Positions 47,922 through 58,278 of a stretch of 64,000 nt of DNA are shown here, in pieces; the stretch's first letter is position 1; the number at the start of each line of letters is the position of its first letter. A program made the position numbers and the translations under genes. This DNA is from Laetmonice hystrix (Eukaryota), in the NCBI GenBank assembly GCA_965235115.1, contig OZ249445.1, positions 17,670,001 through 17,734,000 on the forward strand. The letters run 5' to 3'. The notes beneath the pieces were generated by a model. It did no database searches, had not been told where the DNA came from, and worked only from the letters and a program-made list of their open reading frames with translations.

Positions 47922-50128
47922 GTAGAGTGGCCTGCCGTCTGGCGGCCAACTGTGACACTAGCTTAGCTGGCAAGGGGGCTGTGTCGTGGGCAGCGCTTAC
48001 AGTGTGGCCACCATGGCTGTGGGCTTAACGTGCTATATATTTTATATATAGAGTATATCGGTATGCACACTGCAGGCGGACTCGACACGACATGGGCCTT
48101 ACATGGGGTCGTTTGGGACAAATTCTTATTCTAATTTAGGAATCTTGAAAACGATTCGGTAATTTGGGTCGATTTTAGTTGATTTATTTCATTTTTTTCC
48201 CCACAGTTAAGTTTACTTTGTGGCTTTTCCTTAGTGTGCAGCTAAATGGCGAACACCTACAGAGTTTGGAGAGGTAAATGTGTATGAGGGCCAGACCCAG
48301 GTACCCGCCTATCCAATCTTACCCGTGAGCATTCACAGTAATTAGGGTGCATGCCCTTAACCAACTTTGCATGTTTCTCACCAGGGTTTTTTTTTTAATT
48401 TTTGCGCTGGGCTAAGGAGGCAATGGTGTACCAAGAATCGATACAACCAAATGGACCTGATTTGTCCGTTGAACAATAAAAATTCAGTCAAAACTACAGA
48501 ATAATCCCCAACACCCAAATTTCTGCTTTCTGGTGCCGATCAAATGTGGCGACGACGAATAGATGCATGCATGTCATTTACCGACATACAGCAGTGTTGA
48601 GCTGGCGTTTTTTGTTTGAAAAGCCTGTAATTGTATGTCGTTGATATAAAATGTATGCTGTGTGGGTCCCGTACTGTTATATAATGTCACTTCACCTTAT
48701 TGACCTACCCTTACTTTCACATTGCAGTCACCTACGGTATAGACCCGTTTGTTTATAAGGCTTCACCGGGAACAATGGGTTTTTAGGATTTACTACTGGA
48801 TTGAAATGCTTGACATTACTAATCAACATCTACTAACACCTCTACTTTTAAGCTCACAGTATTGCACCCTTAACACACACACCGACTTGAGCACTGTAGC
48901 AGAAATTAGCAAGTTAAGTTTAGTGACTTGAGATGGGGAACTCTAGATATTCGTGCATTATGTATTTGTATGGCAGAGTCTAGTTATAGAACGAGTCGGG
49001 AATATTGGTAGATTGGGGTAAAATTGAGTTTGTAGAAAATGAGTCACTTGTACAGCGCTGAAGAGGAGGTATATATTTGGGATATATTATGTGGTATTAA
49101 TTATGTTACTGGTAGATAGTTTTTTTCCCACGTTCGGTACAGTGCAGATTCCAGCGGCTTCTATACTAACATCGACCCTATAGCTGGCACTGTCAGACAA
49201 CATCGACCCGGGCAAGCCAAAACAAAACCTGTGCAATGTCGAGCTTGCATTGGGTTATTTTCTTTGCTCGGTCAAGAAAGTGCCATGGTCTGTGTTGTGC
49301 ATACAATGCAAGAGAAAGTAAGAAAAATAAGGAGCGCTTTGCACTGTAAGCAAACTGACCGATCAGTTCTATTGGGCATTAAACACATACTGGAAAGTGT
49401 TTGGGTATGTCTCATACTTGTGTTAAAAGCTAGGCTGAAAAGTATAGTACGGTCAAAGGAAATTTTTTTTTTCAATCCGGTCCTTCGTTTGTTTGCTTTC
49501 GAAACGGTATATGTAAAGACCCAAGAGTACTTTATTAATATTAGTTGGCCATTTCTAGGGGTGAAACTTGAAACATTGCAAGATTTTGGGGGTGACAGAC
49601 TGTCAGAAAGTCCAGCGCTGCAGTGCGCCGTTTCCATCTGTGCGATGTTTCCATCTGTGCGCCGTTTCCATCTGTGCGATGCTTTGTCTACCCATTTTGT
49701 GTGATAACCTGTCTCGTGCTCCAATTAACACTTCTATCAGGGTTCAAGTCTTTGGTCGCCACCAACAAATTCTAGGGAAACTTGCTGGTCTTCGCTGTCT
49801 CTTCAGCATGAAGTGGTACAAAGATTGGTCAAGTATATAGAAAGCTCACCGCTTGGAGCTGTGCTACTGCTGCTGCCACCATGTGGAGAATATGTACAGT
49901 AAAAGCTTGCATGCTGGCGAATGTAGCTTTATCTCTAGAGAGTTTTGACTGCCAGAGATCACCACGGAACAATTGGCCTGCAGTGTAAATTTCAGGTAGT
50001 GTAAGAAAGGAACTGCCTTGTCTATAGTAAACACATATTGACAGAATCATGGATTGAAAAACAAAATGTCTGCATATATTTACGTCTAGTAAATCTCCTT
50101 GCGTTAAAAAACAGCGTATGTTTATGGA

Positions 50129-50249
50129 GGGGTAGTGTAAAGTAGGGGCTCAAGTTGTATATCTCCAGTTGAGTCTGTATCTCGCACATAGGGGTAGTGT
50201 AAAGTAGGGGCTCAAGTTGTATATCTCCAGTTGAGTCTGTATCTCGCAC
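50129..50249. repeat. Tandem duplication of 62 bp (2 copies)
   Basis: ggggtagtgtaaagtaggggctcaagttgtatatctccagttgagtctgtatctcgcac occurs at 50129 and 50191. Confidence 0.9.
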
Positions 50250-50793
50250 TCTCATTTCAAACTAAGACTCCGTTCTCAACCGTCGTCTGTTCTGCTGTGA
50301 TAGCACGGCCGCTATGTGCTGCCCCCTCGTGGGGACAGACTGCACTACATGCCCTACCCCGGCCAGATGTGAAGTGATGCACGTAAATGACTACCACTCA
50401 CTCCCGACAGTATCTCATAGTATTTTCGCCACTTTAAAAAAAGTGCTAGTTTAAGTGTTAACATACAATTAGATGAGTCGTGTCAAGTAATATGGCATAG
50501 AAGGCCGTTTACTAGGTCCTATGGATTGTATTATTATTAGAAAGTGTTTTTAACGTTATGAATTATTGAAAGTATTTCTGATTTAAAAGTGCTGATATAA
50601 ACTTGGTCCTAGACAGCTGAAATCTTACCCAGTCTTCCTTTACCTTACAGCTATGGTTACCACAGTCTTTTTCTCATCTTACATGATCTGCTTATATGAT
50701 TTGAAAAAAAAAAGATCTCTTAATGTAAATGTAACACCCCGTGTCGAATGTTCTATAAATGTTCACATAGAGGTGGTGCTGCTGATAGCTTGT

Positions 50794-50873
50794 GCCATGT
50801 TTCCAATGGTGACGCCGTGTTTCCAATGGTGACGCCGTGTTTCCAATGGTGACGCCATGTTTTCTAATGATGC
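50794..50873. repeat. 20-bp tandem repeat (3 copies plus 1 degenerate) immediately upstream of the LIM exon acceptor
   Basis: gcc(a/g)tgtttccaatggtgac units. Confidence 0.85.
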
Positions 50874-50889
50874 GGCGCCGTGTTTGTAG

Positions 50890-51014
50890 GGTGCGGGTGA
50901 CAACCGTTGTCAGCTGTGTAACAAGCGGGTGTACGAGATGGAGAAGTTGATATCAGACAAGGCTATCTATCACAAGATGTGTTTCAAGTGCTCACACTGC
51001 AAGCGGATCCTCAG
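50890..51014 (+). CDS. LIM domain exon 1 (EPLIN/LIMA1/LIMD2/XIRP2-type LIM), phase 0 to 2
   Basis: GAGDNRCQLCNKRVYEMEKLISDKAIYHKMCFKCSHCKRIL gives C-x2-C-x17-H-x2-C-x2-C-x2-C. Acceptor tttgtag| and donor CAG|gtaagg. Confidence 0.93.
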
Positions 51015-52170
51015 GTAAGGCGCCTTCAATCTCAATACCCGGGACCAGTTTGTTCAAAATAACAAGTCTTAAATTCATGATTAAGCTTGAGGCGTTTGAT
51101 TGGCTGGTCTTCTTATAACCAGGTTATCAGAAGCAGTAAGCTCACGTTTAAGCAAGATTTTAAGTTTTTAAAAAAACAGGACTGAGCAAGGTTTTTGGGG
51201 AGCGGTTCCGGACCATTTTCCGGACCATTTTCTGGAGAAAAGATATCTTTTGATTATTGAACTGTCAAGAGACTGCATTAATGTAAAGTTTTTGAGGAAA
51301 TTTATCAATATGGATGTTGGGTGAGACTTTGATTGAAAGTTTAAACGAGAGAGCACTAATGTCAAGTCAGTTTTTGACGAAGCCGACCAGATATATTTGG
51401 TGAGATATTTTCGAGGTGACTTTGCCCTACCACTGCTGGTACCATGGAATGCTGGAGTATAAAGTTACCTGAGAATGAGGTATACAGGTGAGAGGTATTA
51501 CTTGAAACAGGTGCCGGAGGATTGGGTGGGGGGGGGGGTCCTCCCGGCTGACAGCTGCTTCCATCAGTCGTACAACCCGCCACCTGGGATCAACTATTCA
51601 CAACTTGAGGAGGCCACACTCTCTTGACATTGACTTGTGTAAGGCCAAAAACTCGAATGAAATGTAATACCATAACTTTACATTGGAGTCATTTAACCCT
51701 TGGATGTTGCTTTCACTAGACGTTACATGTCAACTTATGATGGACGCTAGGTCGGTCTGTGGACACGGTGTCCAACTGTCACCGTGTCAATAAACATAAT
51801 AAACTAGTCCCCCCCCCCCTCCCCCACCAACAGCCCGGTTGTCATGGTGACAGAAGACGAACAGTCGCCTTATACATAGCAACAGCTGCGGCCGAGAACA
51901 CGGACCACTCAGTCGTGGGCCGGATTTCTTCCGAATTCATGGAAATTGTCGGGGGGAAAAAGGTGTAGCGTTACTGTGAACGTTGGATAATTTCGTTGCC
52001 TTCCGGCAGTAGTGTTGAGCTCAGGTGTGGGGGAGTGTACCGACGGTCAGGATGCTGAGGTCTATATCAACATTATCTTTTTATTATCTCATCTCTTACC
52101 CATCTTGTGGACACTTGGGAAGACTTGTTTTAAGCGGACTGTAAAGAAAAAATATCTTTGATATTTTTAG

Positions 52171-52244
52171 CCTCGGGAACTTTGCTTCAATGGAGGGCCA
52201 GCTTTACTGCAAGCCACACTTCATAGAGATGTTCAAAACTAAAG
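52171..52244 (+). CDS. LIM domain exon 2, phase 2 to 1
   Basis: (S)[24 protein letters not shown] completes x17-C-x2-H. Acceptor atttttag| and donor AAG|gtgaga. Confidence 0.93.
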
Positions 52245-52486
52245 GTGAGAAGAACATATATTAGCGTGCCAGGGGATGCAGAGAAACACTTGAACTGGGA
52301 TGAAAAGGTGGGGAGGTGATGGCTTTCATGGACTACCCAGTAACCAGTGTTTGTGATTATGATATCGAATATAAATATTAATGATCTAATCGGCTCTCTG
52401 TATACATGGACTCGTATAGACTGTGGTGGCACATTCCTACTTTACTTAACCAACCCGGTGTTTTATATACCACTCTTTGTTACCAG

Positions 52487-52558
52487 GCAACTACGAGGAG
52501 GGTTTTGGCAAGGAGCGGCATTCACGAATGTGGCAGAAGGACTACTCACCCGAGGAAG
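52487..52558 (+). CDS. Post-LIM exon, phase 1-1
   Basis: (G)NYEEGFGKERHSRMWQKDYSPEE matches the KGNY(D/E)EGFG..H...W tail typical of EPLIN/LIMA1- and LIMD2-type LIM domains. Acceptor ctttgttaccag| and donor GAAG|gtcagt. Confidence 0.88.
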
Positions 52559-55500
52559 GTCAGTCTCAATCTACAAATCTATCGTATTGGAGAGTAACAC
52601 ACACAAGTTCTGTGTGCAGGCTGGCCCACAACTTGTTGAAATCAAATATGAAACAAGAATTCGTTTCTTATTCAAATTACCATCACCGGCTTCTACAAGG
52701 TGATATCAAGTTGGTGATATACCGACCCCCCCCGAGTTATTTTAATTTCCTCTTTGTATGAAAACCGGCCTCAGAGCTGTATTGGTTTCACCTCGAGGAT
52801 ACATTGCCTACTTTCTCTACGAGTTGCAGGTTGTGGCCCACCCTGTAAAAAAAGTGTACAATGATGCCAGGTGGTGAGAGTGGTTACTAACATTGAATTC
52901 GGTTTCCAAGGTGATGAGCGAATGGACGCCATTCAGAGAATTTCTTTACCCCCCCCCCCCTAATACTTGCATTGTAGCCGATCACTGAGGGCCGGTCACA
53001 GTAAAACACCCTCAGGTAAAAGGTACAGATATTCTAGATTGATTTAATAAAAAATGCTTTCGGCAAGACGCCTGTACATATCAAATTGTACAAATATATA
53101 GAAGACAAGAAATGAAGAGTGAGAGCATACTCACCAGGTGGCGCCAGTTATTTCCTCAAACCAAGGGAGCGCGAGTGTGGAGTAAGAGTGAAAACAATGC
53201 TGACTGACGTATTTCCTGTCGATGTGAACGCGGAGGTGGAGAGTGTTGAGGCCCGCCCCATGGTGGTGCCACCTGGTGTGTATGAACAGAACTCGAGCCG
53301 GATCGTGCCCCGATCTGATGGAGACTGTGGATTGTCGTCAGAGAGCCGACCTACCCTCACGTATAGTCGGACATGGTTGGCGTGTGTTTTACTGTCAACC
53401 TTTCACTAGATCAATGATTGATATTATAGTATGATGATCAGGAACTGTCTCACAAATGTTCTCACCACACGTTTCAAACATTCAGCCCAGATAAAGATTG
53501 TGAGAGATGGTGAATTGTGACCTGAAACCGAGTGGCTCCCACTGGTAGAGTTTCGGTTTGTCCTTCTATTGGAGACGTTTGTTGTATTGTTGTGAGCTCC
53601 AGCAGACTTGTACAAACCGCGGTGTGGAGGGGGGGGGGGGGGGGTTGTAATGATAGGTTGGTAGAGATAGCGTATCCCGCCTACCAGTCTGCAGACCCAG
53701 ATAAGGCGGTGGTGTTGACGACGTCTGCTATCTGCCGACCCCCATCCGATCTCTCAGCACAAACTGATGAAGTGTTGCAGGCTCGGCCGCCCAGTCGTTT
53801 TTACTGTGTGCACGTCTAACATGATATAAATCGAGGATGTCATCTGATTAGGGCGTCGATTGTCACAGATTAAACCTCAGGGGGTTGGAAGAGAAAAACG
53901 GGGGGAGGTATTGAAGTATGTGGCATTGTGTAAGGTGAAGACTTGATGCATAGATCAGTTTGATGTGATGAGCCGTTGTTATACACAGTTGATGTATCAG
54001 TTATTAATGTACAGTCTATAATGACCGTGAACCTACTCGAGCTATCATTAGTGAGCTAAGATACACAAGCCTAGATTTGTTATAGTGTTAGAACGACAGT
54101 GGTGGATGTCTGATTGGGACCTGGTACAAGTACTGGTACAAGTAGCAGATATGATTGGTCACAAATCCGGCTGTGCACTGATTGGATATGGTTATAAATC
54201 CGCTATTATTATTCACATGCTGTGATGAACTTTGTGAGCCTTCTGCCCTATTGATATAGACTATATACATCTGGTGAAGTCCAGTTTACACATTTGCAGT
54301 GGTACTGAGTTTTCGTCCACTCCTCACAGTCGTTTTACGCCCGTGAAGCTTAGATTTGTAAACAGATGAAACGGTCAAATCACCCGTCAAAATATTGTTT
54401 TTATTAAACAAACTTTGAGTATTGAGTTGGCTCTGACCTGGCCCGGTGAGTTGATGTCAGCAGTCCAGCGGGTCACATGTCAGCAGACCCCATTGATTGC
54501 TGGTAGGGGTAGGATCGATCCACATCATGTGGCCCACAGACTGACTACCTGTACACACAGGTGGTCGGTTAATGAACTCACTCCGGTATAGGTAGACCGT
54601 GTCTGTGTAGCACTCAGTGTCCGGTGAACCAGTCACGGCCGCTCACCTACACCAAGCCCGGTAAACTCCCCGTACCCCGTCCCGTGGGTGGACCCCCCGG
54701 CGGGGAGGAGGGACAGGTGATCCCGTCCACAGGGGTCAGCACAACTCGTGACCCACGTCTGCCGTGTTGGGCCGCTCGTCCAGGTACACGGGTGTGGAGA
54801 GTCTAGGACGGATCAACGTCGTTTACGTCACGTCAAGATATTTCACCGGATACGTCAAGGTTGACACCATTACGTCACGGTCCACCTGGAACCGTCAAGG
54901 TCCATTCGGGACCGTCAGGGCGTCACGAGCCCAGGTGAAGGTCACCGTCCTGTAGAGGAAGAATCGGGGTTTAGCTAAACCCGGATAAAATGCCCTCCCA
55001 CGTTCTGATCCGGGGCAGAATCATCTGTATAGGTGAGTGTTGAGTGAGGATTCGGTAAGACCGATTCAGAGCTGCTGTGGCATATCGTACCATGAGTACA
55101 ATCTTTATCATTATTAGCATTTCCTTTATTGCTGAATTTGTGTAGGCCAGTCGTCATTGGCATAGTTATAATCAAATACACGTGTTAATTTGGATGTAAT
55201 ATATAGAAGGTTCGGGAGGTCGGTTAAATATTTCACCAGCTCTCGTACGTTAACTCCTATAACTGTTCATACATGATACTATGTGATGATATACATGTCG
55301 GAGAATACTCTCGAGGGAGAATTCCCATTCAAACTGTTCCGGGACAACACCGGTATGTTTCTTATAGTCATGGAAGGTCTTAATGGTTCTCTGTGACCTC
55401 TCATAGCTGGGACTCCTAGGATATCCTCGGGTTTTGTAAGGGTATATTGTGAATGAAGAAAGTAGGTACTTACTGTGGTAGGTTTTTGATTTAGATATGG

Positions 55501-55990
55501 ATTGGATTGAGTAGTTTAGTTGTTGGGTTACCGAGATGGTTCACCATACAGGATATCCTTAGATGTGTAGGAACTCCACCGGGCATACCGCAAATACTAG
55601 ATTAATTCTGTCCTAATGACATGTTAGAGTGTCAGTAGATGGGCCAAATGCTTGAGACTGGGAGTGGGTTTTGACATTTAAGCGCATTAAAGGGTAATTT
55701 TTCAGTGATTAATTACGTCGGATTTCTTTGAGGCTGAAGTTGCGGAAGATTAGAGGAAATTAATGATATTGGAAACCGATTGAAAACAAAAATGTGAGAG
55801 ACAGATGAGAAGTTAAGTCGGCAGGGTTTGTGGCGAGGGGAGGAAAGGAGGTTACAAAATGTCATCTTTCCCCCAAACGACCTTGGTGTGATAAGAAAAA
55901 GGTCATTGAGTACCGTTTGGGTGATGTGATTTAAGAGACACGTGACATTGATGTGAAATGGCTGTGGCGGCGACTATCGTTCGATCATGG

Positions 55991-56514
55991 GAGGACTGTG
56001 TCTGAGAGTGAGAGGACTGTGTCTGAGAGTGAGAGGACTGTGTCTGAGAGTGAGAGGACTGTGTGTGAGAGTGAGAGGACTGTGTCTGAGAGTGAGAGGA
56101 CTGTGTCTGAGAGTGAGAGGACTGTGTCTGAGAGTGAGAGGACTGTGTCTGAGAGTGAGAGGACTGTGTCTGAGAGTGAGAGGACTGTGTCTGAGAGTGA
56201 GAGGACTGTCTGAGAGTGAGAGGACTGTGTCTGAGAGTGAGAGGACTGTGTCTGAGAGTGAGAGGACTGTGTCTGAGAGTGAGAGGACTGTGTCTGAGAG
56301 TGAGAGGACTGTGTCTGAGGACTGTGTCTGAGAGTGAGAGGACTGTGTCTGAGAGTGAGAGGACTGTGTCTGAGAGTGAGAGGACTGTGTCTGAGAGTGA
56401 GTGGACTGTGTCTGAGAGTGAGAGCACTGTGACTGAGAGTGAGAGCACTGTGTCTGAGAGTGAGAGGACTGTGTCTGAGAGTGAGAGCACTGTGTCTGAG
56501 AGTGAGTGGACTGT
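55991..56514. repeat. 21-bp tandem repeat, ~25 copies
   Basis: gaggactgtgtctgagagtga units with a few indels and 3' divergence. Confidence 0.97.
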
Positions 56515-57731
56515 TAATGGTGCTCGTCTGAAGGAATCAAGTAAGATTGGAGGATTGGGTTCCGACACACATACGTACCTTAGCCTTGTTATACCCCAGT
56601 ATTGGCTAAGAATGGCCCAAGGGAGGAGATTGTGGACGATTGGTGGCGACAAGCACTTTTGGGGCCGCGTGAAGTGGTGGGTAGGGTACAAGGCACTCGA
56701 GGCAGGAAGGTGTAATGACAGAAATGTCATTAGACACTGACAATCCTAGTTAGCTGAGCGACTATGTGTTTTAGTGATAACAAGAAATGTATGCATTCAT
56801 GGTTGCGCCGCTCTATCGCAGAAAACCTATAATCGAAATGAAAATGTCAAAGTATTTTCTGTGATTAGATTTATTGAATTTCCACGCAGGGAAAAGATTG
56901 TTCACTTTTGAACGCCATTGCAGGGGATTGTTATTGTAGTGTTCTGACTAATTAGAATGCCAGCCCAGGCAATCAGCAAGCCGCCTATGTGGGGTGATAC
57001 ATAGCAGTGTTTCCCATTCCAAACAGACGAACCAAGATGAAATTACAATGGTCATTATGAGAACTAATATTGACTTTGACAGAAAGATTATATAGCAGGC
57101 AGGGGGGCAGGTGGTGGAGGGAAAGAACGACGTCGGTGGTTATTTATAGTCAGCCCTCGGTCCGTTAGATTTCTCGAGCTGACGTACATACATCACAACA
57201 TGTTACCCAGGGGAATCGACTCCGCCATGCATGTAAACGTCGGGCGGCAGTACCAAGACAAATAGAACCGAATTATGGATTCTCCGGCCGGGGTCTGGTG
57301 TACGCCAAACTTTGCGGCCTCACCAATCGAGACTTGGTAGGATTCAAATGAGGACAGAGCCCTCTGGTGGGTAAGGGTGGAACTATGGCCGTATGGAGGC
57401 AGGGTAGTGGGTGATCGATAAGGATCCAGCGTTACCCCGGCGAAACTGGACGAGCGTGGTTGGTGGTGGTTGGGGGCGGGGGGTGGGGGGTGGGGGGTGT
57501 AAGGGGGGGGGGTGTAATCTTACCAGGCCATCACGACCGCCTCTATCTCCACGACTCCGGGCGGTCACTGGGATAGTTCTGGGCCGGGGTGGTGGCGGTG
57601 GGGTCGGTGTGCGTGCAGCGTGCCCGGCCTATGACATCAGGATATAAGGGACAGTGCCGGATGGTGCCGGTATCATCAGCCCACTCCGGCTGATAGCAAA
57701 ATTAACAGCCTTGGGACAGTGGTTTGTGGGA

Positions 57732-57923
57732 TGGGATATGTACATCATCAACTCAACATGGGATATGTACATACACATAATCAACTCTACATGGGATATG
57801 TACATACACATAATCAACTCTACATGGGATATGTACATACACATAATCAACTCTACATGGGATATACATACACATAATCAACTCTACATGGGATATGTAC
57901 ATACACATAATCAACTCTACATG
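57732..57923. repeat. 33-bp tandem repeat, ~5-6 copies
   Basis: tgggatatgtacatacacataatcaactctaca units. Confidence 0.92.
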
Positions 57924-58220
57924 AGTATATCCTGGAGTAAATCTCATACACAACCAATACCACTCTGGTATGTCACATCCGCCAGGATTTTGATACATTA
58001 TACATGATAGTTCTCCGTTTAATTTTGCGTTCTAAATTGAGCCCGGTTGGGGAATCTGATGTTAAATGATAGAATGAGGATGGTGTGTCTCGTGGTATTA
58101 TGACTTGTCCATTTTTTGTTATTATTTTGATTTAAAAACGGTGTGGGTTACAAGGAAGTCGGTCCCAGGGGAACAGGCCCATTAACCTCCGGCCCCGTTG
58201 AAGTCAGCCTCAGTACCCCC

Positions 58221-58278
58221 CCGCACCCACACCCACACCCACACCCACACCCACACCCACACCCGCACCCCCACCCAC
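58221..58278. repeat. (CCCACA)n hexamer microsatellite
   Basis: ccgcacccacacccacacccacaccc... Confidence 0.9.

Noticed and set aside
49231-49724. Overlapping 157-aa (+) and 150-aa (-) ORFs
   Set aside because: No recognisable domain, no good splice sites, and they include a short tandem repeat; probably intronic.
54647-54949. Minus-strand frames with several in-frame TGA codons (selenoprotein-like or Ig-like pseudogene idea)
   Set aside because: The TGAs arise from the TGACG motif cluster, TAA/TAG stops also occur, and I saw no SECIS-like hairpin.
55903-56740. Long ORFs (275, 174, 114 and 86 aa) in the ORF track
   Set aside because: They are translations of the 21-bp tandem repeat (SESERTV / QSSHSQT), with frame-shifting indels and no supporting splice sites.
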